Origin: a virus
Lineage: Duplodnaviria > Caudoviricetes
IMG/VR virus record: IMGVR_UViG_3300027806_000094
Span: 1-35,439 of that record
Direction: 5' to 3' (one strand)
DNA length: 35,439 bases
Both the position numbers and the translations under genes were made by a program. This document shows positions 1-8,200 of this stretch, one piece after another. Each line of letters begins with the position of its first letter. The first letter of the stretch is position 1. The notes beneath the pieces were generated by a model, which was not told the DNA's origin, did not search any database, and saw nothing but the letters and a program-made list of their open reading frames with translations.

Positions 1-47
1 TCAGTGAGCGAAGTACAAGCGAGCAGGTTCGATTCCTGCCCGAACCA
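1..47 (+). tRNA. 3' part of a tRNA or tRNA-like element, truncated by the window edge
   Basis: T-arm GCAGG-TTCGATT-CCTGC (23-39) is followed by a 7-nt acceptor strand CCGAACC and an A. The anticodon arm cannot be resolved. Confidence 0.4.
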
Positions 48-156
48 TTAACCCATCCTCGCACCTGTGTGGGTCGGCGGCGTAATCTTTGCCGCTGCCG
101 GTTGCTTAGCAGCGTCGGGCGAGGTGGGGTTTTGAAACAGCAAAGGAGGCGAGCGA

Positions 157-357
157 ATGACTAACACATGGCCGGGTGGAGAACGAAAGGCAATGAACCA
201 GTCAGAGCATGAACGATGGAACGCCGCGAACTATCCCGGCACGCTCCAACTGTGTTCGGTTTGCAGCGAGCCAACTGGACGCTGCGAGGAAGATGAGATT
301 CTTTCCGTCGATGGCGAGCCGTTATGCGAAAAGTGTTGGGTGGAGGTGAGCGAATGA
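157..357 (+). CDS. small zinc-finger-like phage protein
   Basis: CSVC...C...CEKC motif, AAGGAGG RBS upstream, ATGA overlap with the next gene. Confidence 0.6.
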   Translation: MTNTWPGGERKAMNQSEHERWNAANYPGTLQLCSVCSEPTGRCEEDEILSVDGEPLCEKCWVEVSE

Positions 358-740
358 GCGAGATACAAGCTGGCGATGGATGGCGGTTGCTGGGGCCAGA
401 TGAACGCGTTAGAGCATTAGCCGACGAGCGTTACGGGCTAACAGACGGAGAATGGCATCCAGTTTCACCGATGCACTACCTTTGGAAAGCATCCGATTTC
501 CACGCCGTTCGCCGCCGCATTCCGGCCAAGCCGGAGGCGATGGTGGTGGATGACCGCAACGGGCAGCTTGCTGCAAGTGCTGCCCTATCAGATTGCTGTC
601 TGGTTCAAATTGGTGGCGGTCGCGGTAGAGAAACAATCGTTCTAAGTGGCAACCAAGAAATCCGCCAACTAGCTGACTGGCTGACACGTTACGCCGACTG
701 GCGAGAGGCACAGGGAGCAACCGGAAACGGTAGCGATTAG
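354..740 (+). CDS. hypothetical phage protein
   Basis: ATG at 354 follows a GGAGGTG RBS and overlaps the previous stop. The ORF-track start at 324 is probably too early. Confidence 0.55.
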   Translation: MSEIQAGDGWRLLGPDERVRALADERYGLTDGEWHPVSPMHYLWKASDFHAVRRRIPAKPEAMVVDDRNGQLAASAALSDCCLVQIGGGRGRETIVLSGNQEIRQLADWLTRYADWREAQGATGNGSD

Positions 741-762
741 GAAAGCAACTGATTTTGGTTGC

Positions 763-1002
763 ATGGAGGGAGAAATGAAAAACCACGAACGCAGACCAGA
801 CCCGACGCCAAGCGAAATTGTTGAAGCTTGCCGGGAGATACAGAACGGATGGACTCAACAGAGAAGGAATGAAGCGTTTGGAGTCAGGGACGACGCAACA
901 GAGAGCCCGCCGAATATTTACCGCATCAGGTTTCAAAGGAATGGCGACAAGCTCAATACCGGACACGAACTGATGGACTCGGAATACTGGCAGTGGAGCT
1001 GA
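763..1002 (+). CDS. hypothetical phage protein (DPTPxEI motif)
   Basis: ORF in operon orientation. GGAGGGAG precedes an alternative ATG at 775. Confidence 0.5.
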   Translation: MEGEMKNHERRPDPTPSEIVEACREIQNGWTQQRRNEAFGVRDDATESPPNIYRIRFQRNGDKLNTGHELMDSEYWQWS

Positions 1003-1004
1003 CA

Positions 1005-1367
1005 ATGTCAACCGAAAACTCGGTCAGGAAAAAGCTCGTCAGGGCAATACGTGCGGCAAATGGTGCGATAAGCAAAGACGACGCCGAAGAGTTTGCTGAA
1101 GCGATATTGGCTTTCGCGAGCACCGAGAATAGTGAGCTGCCCGAGGTCGCCAAGGAGGCACCGTCAGGGCTGGTTCAAATGACGTTTGGTAAATACCGCG
1201 GGAACCGAATCGGCGACTGCCCCCGAGAGTACATTGTTTTCATTTCCGGGATAGTCGAGAGCAAGAAACATACCCGAGATATGCTAAAGTGCATTAGGGC
1301 GGCGAGGGCTTATTTACTGGAAACGACAGACATGTCGCTGTTGCCTCAAGACTGTCCGTTTGACTAG
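1005..1367 (+). CDS. protein with a C-terminal DUF3820-like (FGKYxG) domain
   Basis: MTFGKYRGNRIGDCPREYI matches the MxFGKYxG...P.xY pattern. GGAG RBS before ATG 1005. Confidence 0.6.
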   Translation: MSTENSVRKKLVRAIRAANGAISKDDAEEFAEAILAFASTENSELPEVAKEAPSGLVQMTFGKYRGNRIGDCPREYIVFISGIVESKKHTRDMLKCIRAARAYLLETTDMSLLPQDCPFD

Positions 1368-1378
1368 AGGTTTGCGGC

Positions 1379-2017
1379 GTGATAGAGGATTTTGATAAGC
1401 TTGACTACTATGTCGAACCAAGCGACGGAGAAGCGACCCGGGACGAGACCGGGAGGAAAATCATCGTTCCTGTGAATTGGTGGTGGGATGATATACCGGA
1501 CGAATCAATCCCAGATAGAGTCAAAGATGTCCGGGCAACAGACATGACAACAATATCAAAAGCCATGAGCGAACGTTGGCCGATTACACCAGAGAAGCGT
1601 CAGGAAATGATTGAGCTCGCTCAAGAGGTGATGAAGTTTGCAAAGTCACCTCGCACTAAGCTTGCGGCGATGAAGGTGCTGCTAATGGCAGATGCCTTGA
1701 ACGTCCGAGGAGATTCGGGCCCGGGAGGGAATCACCTGCACCTGCACGGCGAAGGCCCGAAGCAGGACCCGAAAGAGGTTGCAAAGCAGCTGATGATGGA
1801 CCCGAAGTATATTTCATTCCTCAGGCAGCTTGACGGAAATGAGCCCGAGGCTAATGATGGCAGTGTTGACTTCAAAGAACTACAGGAAGCAGTGAGAGAA
1901 GAAAGTGAAGATTTATCAGCACTCGAGGGAACTACAGCAAAGCGGCGTGACGAAGCCAATCCGATACCAGCAAAACAAGAGGGGCCGGAAGGAACTTCTG
2001 GACCTGTTGGTAGGTGA
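1379..2017 (+). CDS. hypothetical protein, possible terminase small subunit
   Basis: Helical 212-aa protein upstream of terL. No other TerS candidate is present. The function is positional inference only. Confidence 0.45.
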   Translation: MIEDFDKLDYYVEPSDGEATRDETGRKIIVPVNWWWDDIPDESIPDRVKDVRATDMTTISKAMSERWPITPEKRQEMIELAQEVMKFAKSPRTKLAAMKVLLMADALNVRGDSGPGGNHLHLHGEGPKQDPKEVAKQLMMDPKYISFLRQLDGNEPEANDGSVDFKELQEAVREESEDLSALEGTTAKRRDEANPIPAKQEGPEGTSGPVGR

Positions 2018-2210
2018 GTTCTCGATTGTCGAGGGCGAGCTTCGGTTTATGGGGCTCTCCGCAGATGACCTTCGGGAAATCTGCCGCAAGCTCGACAAAG
2101 AGAACGAGCGATTCAACCGCCGAAGCAAGGTGCTTGCCAAGCGAATTTACGGGCGGCAACTTGAAGCGAACGCGAAAGCAGCCGAACAGGCCGAGGTGAA
2201 TGATGGCTAA
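1905..2210 (+). CDS. hypothetical protein
   Basis: Fills the gap to the next gene and overlaps the previous ORF by 113 nt. Start uncertain. Confidence 0.4.
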   Translation: MKIYQHSRELQQSGVTKPIRYQQNKRGRKELLDLLVGEFSIVEGELRFMGLSADDLREICRKLDKENERFNRRSKVLAKRIYGRQLEANAKAAEQAEVNDG

Positions 2211-2454
2211 GGAACAGTTCGACGGCCCGGGGATTACCGGGTTCGCTTGGCTGCTTGGTATTTCACTTGTAATCCTGAAAGCTGCAGGTGCGACCGACTG
2301 GCCGTGGTGGGCAATCACGCTGCCGTTCTGGGCTCCGTTCGCAATTGCATTGCTGTTGTTTTTCTCTGGAATGCTACTTGTCGTTATCGGTGCTTCGGTT
2401 CAGAAATACTCCGAGCGACACTCGAAAGACGAAGATGCCGACGGTACCGTATAA
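2200..2454 (+). CDS. small phage membrane protein
   Basis: Two hydrophobic segments with an LKxxGxxDWPWWxIxxPFW motif. GAGGTG RBS. Confidence 0.7.
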   Translation: MMAKEQFDGPGITGFAWLLGISLVILKAAGATDWPWWAITLPFWAPFAIALLLFFSGMLLVVIGASVQKYSERHSKDEDADGTV

Positions 2455-3073
2455 GAACAAAAAGGGCGAGAGGCTTCCGAGCGTAACGACAATTCTTGGC
2501 CGGTTCAAAGAGTCTGGAGGGCTTTTGTATTGGGCTTGGAATTGCGGCCGTGACGGAATCAGCATGAACGAAGTCAAGGAGCAGGCTTGTTCTGCAGGGA
2601 CGATTGCCCATCAATGGATTGAAGATACAATTCACGGCAAGCAGCTCTCGCCGGCCGGGCCTGTCAGCTTAGACATTGTAGAGAAAGCTCGCAACGCTTA
2701 CGACCAGTTTCTGGCGTGGCGTGTTGGGTTCAACGTTGAGGTGACTCACACTGAAATCAGTCTCGTGTCCGAACGATATCAATTCGGCGGAACACTAGAC
2801 GGTGCAGCGATGAGCGGCCGGCGGATTATTCTCGACTGGAAGACTTCGAACGCTATTTACGCCGACTACTTGTTACAGTGTGCGGCGTACGCACTTCTCT
2901 GGGAAGAACATTACGGAGAGGAGATTGACGAGGCTCATATCTTGCGAATCTCAAAAGAGAATGCGGACTTCGAGCACAGGAAATTCGCAGGATTGAAAGA
3001 GGCCAAGGAAATCTTTATCACCTACGCTTCGCTATATCCGAAAGTCAAGGCAATTGAAAAGAGGGTGAAATGA
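2435..3073 (+). CDS. PD-(D/E)xK exonuclease (RecB/Cas4-like phage family)
   Basis: Motifs PSVTTIL, GTxxH, GTLD, DWKTS and LQxAAY. Probable start at ATG 2435 (MPTVPY). Confidence 0.85.
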   Translation: MPTVPYKNKKGERLPSVTTILGRFKESGGLLYWAWNCGRDGISMNEVKEQACSAGTIAHQWIEDTIHGKQLSPAGPVSLDIVEKARNAYDQFLAWRVGFNVEVTHTEISLVSERYQFGGTLDGAAMSGRRIILDWKTSNAIYADYLLQCAAYALLWEEHYGEEIDEAHILRISKENADFEHRKFAGLKEAKEIFITYASLYPKVKAIEKRVK

Positions 3074-3381
3074 ATCTCAGGGACCAGTTCGCAATTTCGA
3101 TTGCACCGACAGTCTATCAAGACCTCATGCGGAACGCTTACGATTCGCTCGACTTCGAAGAGGTTGTTCGTATCTCGTACGTCTTTGCTGATAAAATGCT
3201 CGAGGCTTCTGCCGGTATTCAGTCTGCAGAACTCGGGTACGCAAACCTGTACAAGGACAATTCAATAGGCGCCCTGTACCGAAGCAAGGAAGAGTGTGAC
3301 AGGGTTTTAGTGAGCGAAGAAAGGCGCGGGGTTGTAAGGCTCATTGCTGTTGAAGTCACGCCGACGAACTGTGAGACCTAG
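3070..3381 (+). CDS. hypothetical phage protein
   Basis: MNLRDQFA...SYxxADxML pattern common in small phage proteins. Start overlaps the previous stop. Confidence 0.6.
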   Translation: MNLRDQFAISIAPTVYQDLMRNAYDSLDFEEVVRISYVFADKMLEASAGIQSAELGYANLYKDNSIGALYRSKEECDRVLVSEERRGVVRLIAVEVTPTNCET

Positions 3382-3434
3382 TAGTCCCGGTCAAACAGTC
3401 TGAACCCACTGCGACGGAGCAGGCGGCATTCCGT

Positions 3435-3460
3435 ACCCGGTGTAACAGCCGGGTTTTTTT
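3435..3460 (+). terminator. intrinsic terminator
   Basis: ACCCGG-tgtaacag-CCGGGT stem-loop followed by a T run. Confidence 0.65.
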
Positions 3461-3473
3461 ATAGGAACACAAA

Positions 3474-3848
3474 ATGCACGCGATGAGAAACCGAAAAGCT
3501 GAGCACGTAGATTATGGATTTATGGCCGGCTGGATTGAGGAGAACCCAAAGGCAATGCCGTCGAATATCGATGGCGTCATCGAACGCAACGGGTGCTTTC
3601 TGTGGATGGAATGGAAGCACGGCGGAGAGTCGATGTCGAAGGGTCAGCAGATTCTTCTCTCCAAGCTCGCTCAAGTGGATGACTTTTTTGTAATCGTGAT
3701 TACTGGTTACAGTAACTCCACAGGCAGAGAGGTCAGGGCAATTCAAAAGATTCTCCCCGATGGATACTGGAAGCTCGTCGGAGAGAGCGAGGCCGACTTG
3801 AAAGTCTTAGTCAACAAATTCTACAACTACGCGGAAATGAAATGCTAG
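3474..3848 (+). CDS. PD-(D/E)xK / VRR-NUC-like small nuclease
   Basis: SNIDG...FLWMEWK...SKGQ motif. Overlaps the terL start. Confidence 0.6.
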   Translation: MHAMRNRKAEHVDYGFMAGWIEENPKAMPSNIDGVIERNGCFLWMEWKHGGESMSKGQQILLSKLAQVDDFFVIVITGYSNSTGREVRAIQKILPDGYWKLVGESEADLKVLVNKFYNYAEMKC

Positions 3849-5197
3849 GAGCTGACATCGCAAGCCCTGCGCTGTGGGCACGAAAACGAACCGAAGGCAA
3901 ATTTAAGATACCGCGGCACATCGCATACTTGGATGACCTTATCGTCCGAGCGTTGAACGGGATGGGCTCGAAGCGTATCGTTGTTTCAATGCCACCGCGG
4001 CACGGCAAGAGCTTTTATATTTCAGAGCACTTGCCAGCGTGGTACGTCGGAATGTTCCCGGACAATCAAGTCATCCTCACAAGCTACGAAGCAGAGTTTG
4101 CTGCGGAGTTCGGCGGAAAGGCTCGAGACCTAATCGCCAACGACGAAAACTATCTCGGAGTGCGAGTCGACCCCACGAAGAAGTCGAGCTCGTTCTGGAA
4201 AATCGACGGGCATAGAGGCGGGGTGAAGACGGCAGGTGCTCGCGGTCCAATTACCGGTCGCGGTGCTCACTTGTTCATCATCGATGACCCAATCAAAAAC
4301 TCCGAGGAAGCACAAAGCGAAACGCTTCGAAACAAAAACTGGGACTGGTTTCGGTCCACGGCGTACAGCCGACTTGAGCCCGGAGGGGTGATGGTTGTCG
4401 TACAGACCAGATGGCACATGGATGACCTCGCCGGCCGGATTATCCGAGAGCTAGCGAACGTCGAACCGTGGGAGGTGGTAAGCTTCCCGGCAATCGCGGA
4501 AGAGCATGACGTTTTGGGCCGGGCCCCGGGCGAGCCGCTTTGGCCTGACCGCATTGCACTCCCGCAACTCGAAAACATCCGCGGGACTGTCGGGCCGTTC
4601 TGGTGGTCCGCTCTTTATCAGCAAAGGCCGACGCCGGCGGAAGGCGGGCTCTTTAAGCTCGAATTCTTCAACCAGTTTTACGACGTCTTCCCTCAGGTGG
4701 TGAAGTCCTGCAGGTTCTGGGACTTGGCCGCAACAAAAAATTCGGACTCTGACTTCACTGTCGGGCTGATGCTTTCGCTCTGTGACGACGGGAATTTCTA
4801 CGTCATGGATATTGTTCGCGGTCGATGGGCCCCTTACGAACGCGACCGCATCATTAAACAGGTCGCCCAGCTTGACGGATACAACGTCAAAATCCGCATG
4901 GAAAAAGAGCCCGGGGCCAGCGGTGAGTCGCTGATTGATTCGATGGGCAGGATGCTGACCGGCCACAACTTCCGCGGGATACGCTCGAAAGACAGCAAAA
5001 TGGCCCGCGTGAATTCCATTGACGGTATCGCCAGTGTGGCAGGGGTTGGGCGACTTCGCCTCAGGAAAGGGCATTGGACTCGCGAATTTATCGACGAATT
5101 GATTATGTTTCCTAATGCACAGCACGACGACCAAGTCGATGCCCTGTCAGGTGCGTATAAGGCACTGACCCAAGAAAAAACTGTCTATGTAGCTTAG
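3842..5197 (+). CDS. terL: terminase large subunit
   Basis: Walker A MPPRHGKS, Walker B IIDDP, QTRW coupling motif, LYQQRP, nuclease-domain WDLA and HDDQVDA. Confidence 0.95.
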   Translation: MLGADIASPALWARKRTEGKFKIPRHIAYLDDLIVRALNGMGSKRIVVSMPPRHGKSFYISEHLPAWYVGMFPDNQVILTSYEAEFAAEFGGKARDLIANDENYLGVRVDPTKKSSSFWKIDGHRGGVKTAGARGPITGRGAHLFIIDDPIKNSEEAQSETLRNKNWDWFRSTAYSRLEPGGVMVVVQTRWHMDDLAGRIIRELANVEPWEVVSFPAIAEEHDVLGRAPGEPLWPDRIALPQLENIRGTVGPFWWSALYQQRPTPAEGGLFKLEFFNQFYDVFPQVVKSCRFWDLAATKNSDSDFTVGLMLSLCDDGNFYVMDIVRGRWAPYERDRIIKQVAQLDGYNVKIRMEKEPGASGESLIDSMGRMLTGHNFRGIRSKDSKMARVNSIDGIASVAGVGRLRLRKGHWTREFIDELIMFPNAQHDDQVDALSGAYKALTQEKTVYVA

Positions 5198-5204
5198 GAC
5201 GAAC

Positions 5205-8200
5205 ATGCCAAGTGCAAGTCAAATCGCCGCCGTGATGGCTGAAATGGACAGCCGCAATAAGTCCAGCTCGCCTCAGACTGCAGATAACGTCAAGTCGATG
5301 CCAGCGATGAACCTTACTGGCCTCCGTTCCGCAATGGCGGGCGTGCTCCCGGGCGGATGGTCAAGCGACCACGCAGCGGAAACCGAGAAGTACGCCGGCT
5401 GGCATTACATCGCAATCAACGCAGTGTACAAGCAGGTCATTCAGGCCGGCGTTGAAGTGTACGAGCGTCGGTTGGTTGTTCCGAGTCTACAGAAACCGCA
5501 AGCAGCACCGCCAGCTCCAGTTATGGACGGCCAGCAGCCTGTTCCGCAAATGCCCGGAGGCTTCACGAAGGGCGTAAACGAGCAGCAAGAGAGCATGGTT
5601 GTCATGCCTCACTTCGACCCAGTGATGAAGCGGCTGAAGCGTCCGAACCCGGCTCAAACTCTTTCGGCGTTCAACGGCGAGCGTGCAATTCAGCTTTGCC
5701 TCACAGGCCGGGCAATCACTTGGAACGTTCGCAGCAAGCTCACTGGGAAGATTATCGAGCGATATGTCATCCCGACTTGCCTTGCACAACCACGCCCACC
5801 TTCTCGCGAGCTTCCGCGGGGCGGATGGTATGTTCTGCCGGAAGGGGCCCGGTACGCCAACGAAGCTGGCTTCTACATGACAGGCTCGCTTGAGGCTGCA
5901 TTCGGAAAGACCATCCCAGCTGAAGACGTGCAGGTTATCAAGTTTCCGCACCCGAAATACAAAGACGACGGTCAGTCGCCAATCTCCGCGTCGGCTCTCT
6001 GGACTGACACAAGCGAAATGGTCGACAAGAGCCGGCACAACCACCTGAAAAACGGTCCGGACCCGTCGGTGGTTATCGGTCTGGATGGAGAGGTTGACGA
6101 GACCAGCATTCGCCGCGGTGAAGCAATCTTCAACGAGCGATACGCCGGGGTGGACAAGCACGGGAAAGCGATGTTCGTCACCCCTGCCAAGACGATTACC
6201 CCGCTGACCACAGCTCCAAAGGATATGGCTTACGGGGATGGCTTTACGCAACTCCGGGACGCACAACTCGCGATTCACGGTGTCCCTTTGGCGGCGGTTG
6301 GCTTGACTAGCCCGACAGGACGCGAGGGGCTCTATGCTCCGCTCCTGCAGTTCATCGAGCTCTCGGTACAGCCGATTCTGAAAGTGCTCGGAGACGAGGA
6401 CTCTGCCCTCTACTCAGAGGACGAGGGACGGGAAGTCGAAATCTGCTACACGGCGAAAAAGTTCAACGACGAAGACCTCATCGAAAAGCAAATCCAGACC
6501 GACATCACGGCTGGCGTGCTGACGAAGGGCGAGCTTCGAAAGCTTCGCGGTCGCGAGCCGTTTGGAGACGAGCGTGACGAGGAAATTTGCGGTGCTGCTG
6601 CGGCTCCCGCGGCAATGCCCGGGATGGTTGGGCCAGACGGACAGCCTGTCGGCCCGGATGGAATGCCGATGCCTCAGGGGACAAACCCTGAAGACGCTGC
6701 AGCGATGATGACCAAGCCGACCAAGCAGCCGTTTGGGCGGGCAATGCAGGGCGGAAAGCCGCGGCTCGCTTCCCAGATTGCAAAGGCATTCGCCAAAGAG
6801 CTCGAGAAGTACGGAATCGTGAAGGGCGGGCCCGGCTCAGGAAATCACGGCCACTGTGGCGGGACTCCGGACGACGGCGAGCCGGGAGGCTCTAGGCCAG
6901 CCGAGGAATGCGGCAACACGCCAGCCCAGCCACAAGCCGCCCCAGCGACGCAAACGCCTCCAGCGGCCCAACAGGCCCCTCCAGCAGCCCCACAGGCCCA
7001 GCCGGCAGAGGCCGTTCAGGCACAGCAAAAGCCCGGGCGGTTCTCGGCGGCAAATCCGCACGCTTACGGAATTGACCCACGCCAGCGGAGAATCCTATCG
7101 GAAGAGGCATTCCAGTACGTCTCAGAGCGTATCGGGACTGACCGAGAAAGCGAGCTCGGGAACGGGCCGACGGCAAACGACCGGGAGCGGAAGTTTCTCG
7201 AGGACCGCGGCTGGGTTCCGACGGGCAGTTCGTTGCAGGCTCGCTACCAAGATTTTTTCGCGGAAGAACGAAACGCCGCAATTGCCGCATACTCCGGACG
7301 GGGAGACGCGGCCCGAGCTCGTGCACTTGCCACCGATAACTTTTACGGAATCTCTGCCGAGGAAGCTCAGGCACACTTGGACACGCTTGGTTCAGGTGGA
7401 GAGGCAAGCTACCGAACACGGACACTTATCACGCAGGCAGTTGGAAACTACTCTGCAGAAAACGAGGACGGGGCAAAGTGGCTCGCCAGCACGCTCGCAG
7501 CTCAAGGCCTGAATGAGACTCAGATTGTCCAATCAATCAACCTGATGCGAGCTTCGCAGGGTGGAAACTGGGCTCGGTTTGAGCCCGGAGACGCGGCACG
7601 AATTGCAGTGAACGCACTGGCAGACCCAACAGCCTCGCCTCCGTCACCAACTCCGCCGGCACAGAGCACTGAGAGCCCGGCCGCAGCACCGAAAGAAAAA
7701 ACGAGCCGAGTTGCACCAGAGCCGGTCGACGGCACGCAGTACAAAGAAAACAAGCTCACCAAGGACATCAAAGAACGAGCGGCGAAAGTTTCGTTTGCAG
7801 ACGGCGGTGTGCCAGTAGACGAAGATAAAATCCGAGAAGACCTCGAGCTCGAAGCGGAAGGTGAGTTTCCGGATTACGAGCACGCACCGGAAATCGCTTC
7901 AAGCGTTACCGAAAACATGAGGGAGAGCCTCAATAGCTACAGCGACTTGCCTCGCGATATCCGCACCGAAATAGACAGCTTCCTTGAGACGTTCGGGGAC
8001 GAGTTCACCGAGTCAATCTCAGCAGAAAGGTCTGTTGAACGATTTTGGGAAAACAATGAAAGCGACTTCGAAGACGCGATTAAAGCCGAGGCTGGCGATG
8101 ACGAGGAAAAGCTTTCCGAGTTGACGGCTCGAGCTGAAGAAGTTTTCGACGACTTAAAGCTCGAGGCTCGCAACGCTGCGGAAAAATACGAAAGTGCAAT

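Noticed and set aside
2435-3073. Cas4 implying a CRISPR system
   Set aside because: There is no Fe-S Cys cluster, array or other cas gene. It is an ordinary phage PD-(D/E)xK nuclease.
3382-3460. Known riboswitch class (e.g. c-di-GMP or SAM)
   Set aside because: I could not match the conserved cores of these families by eye. Kept only as a generic terminator/attenuator.
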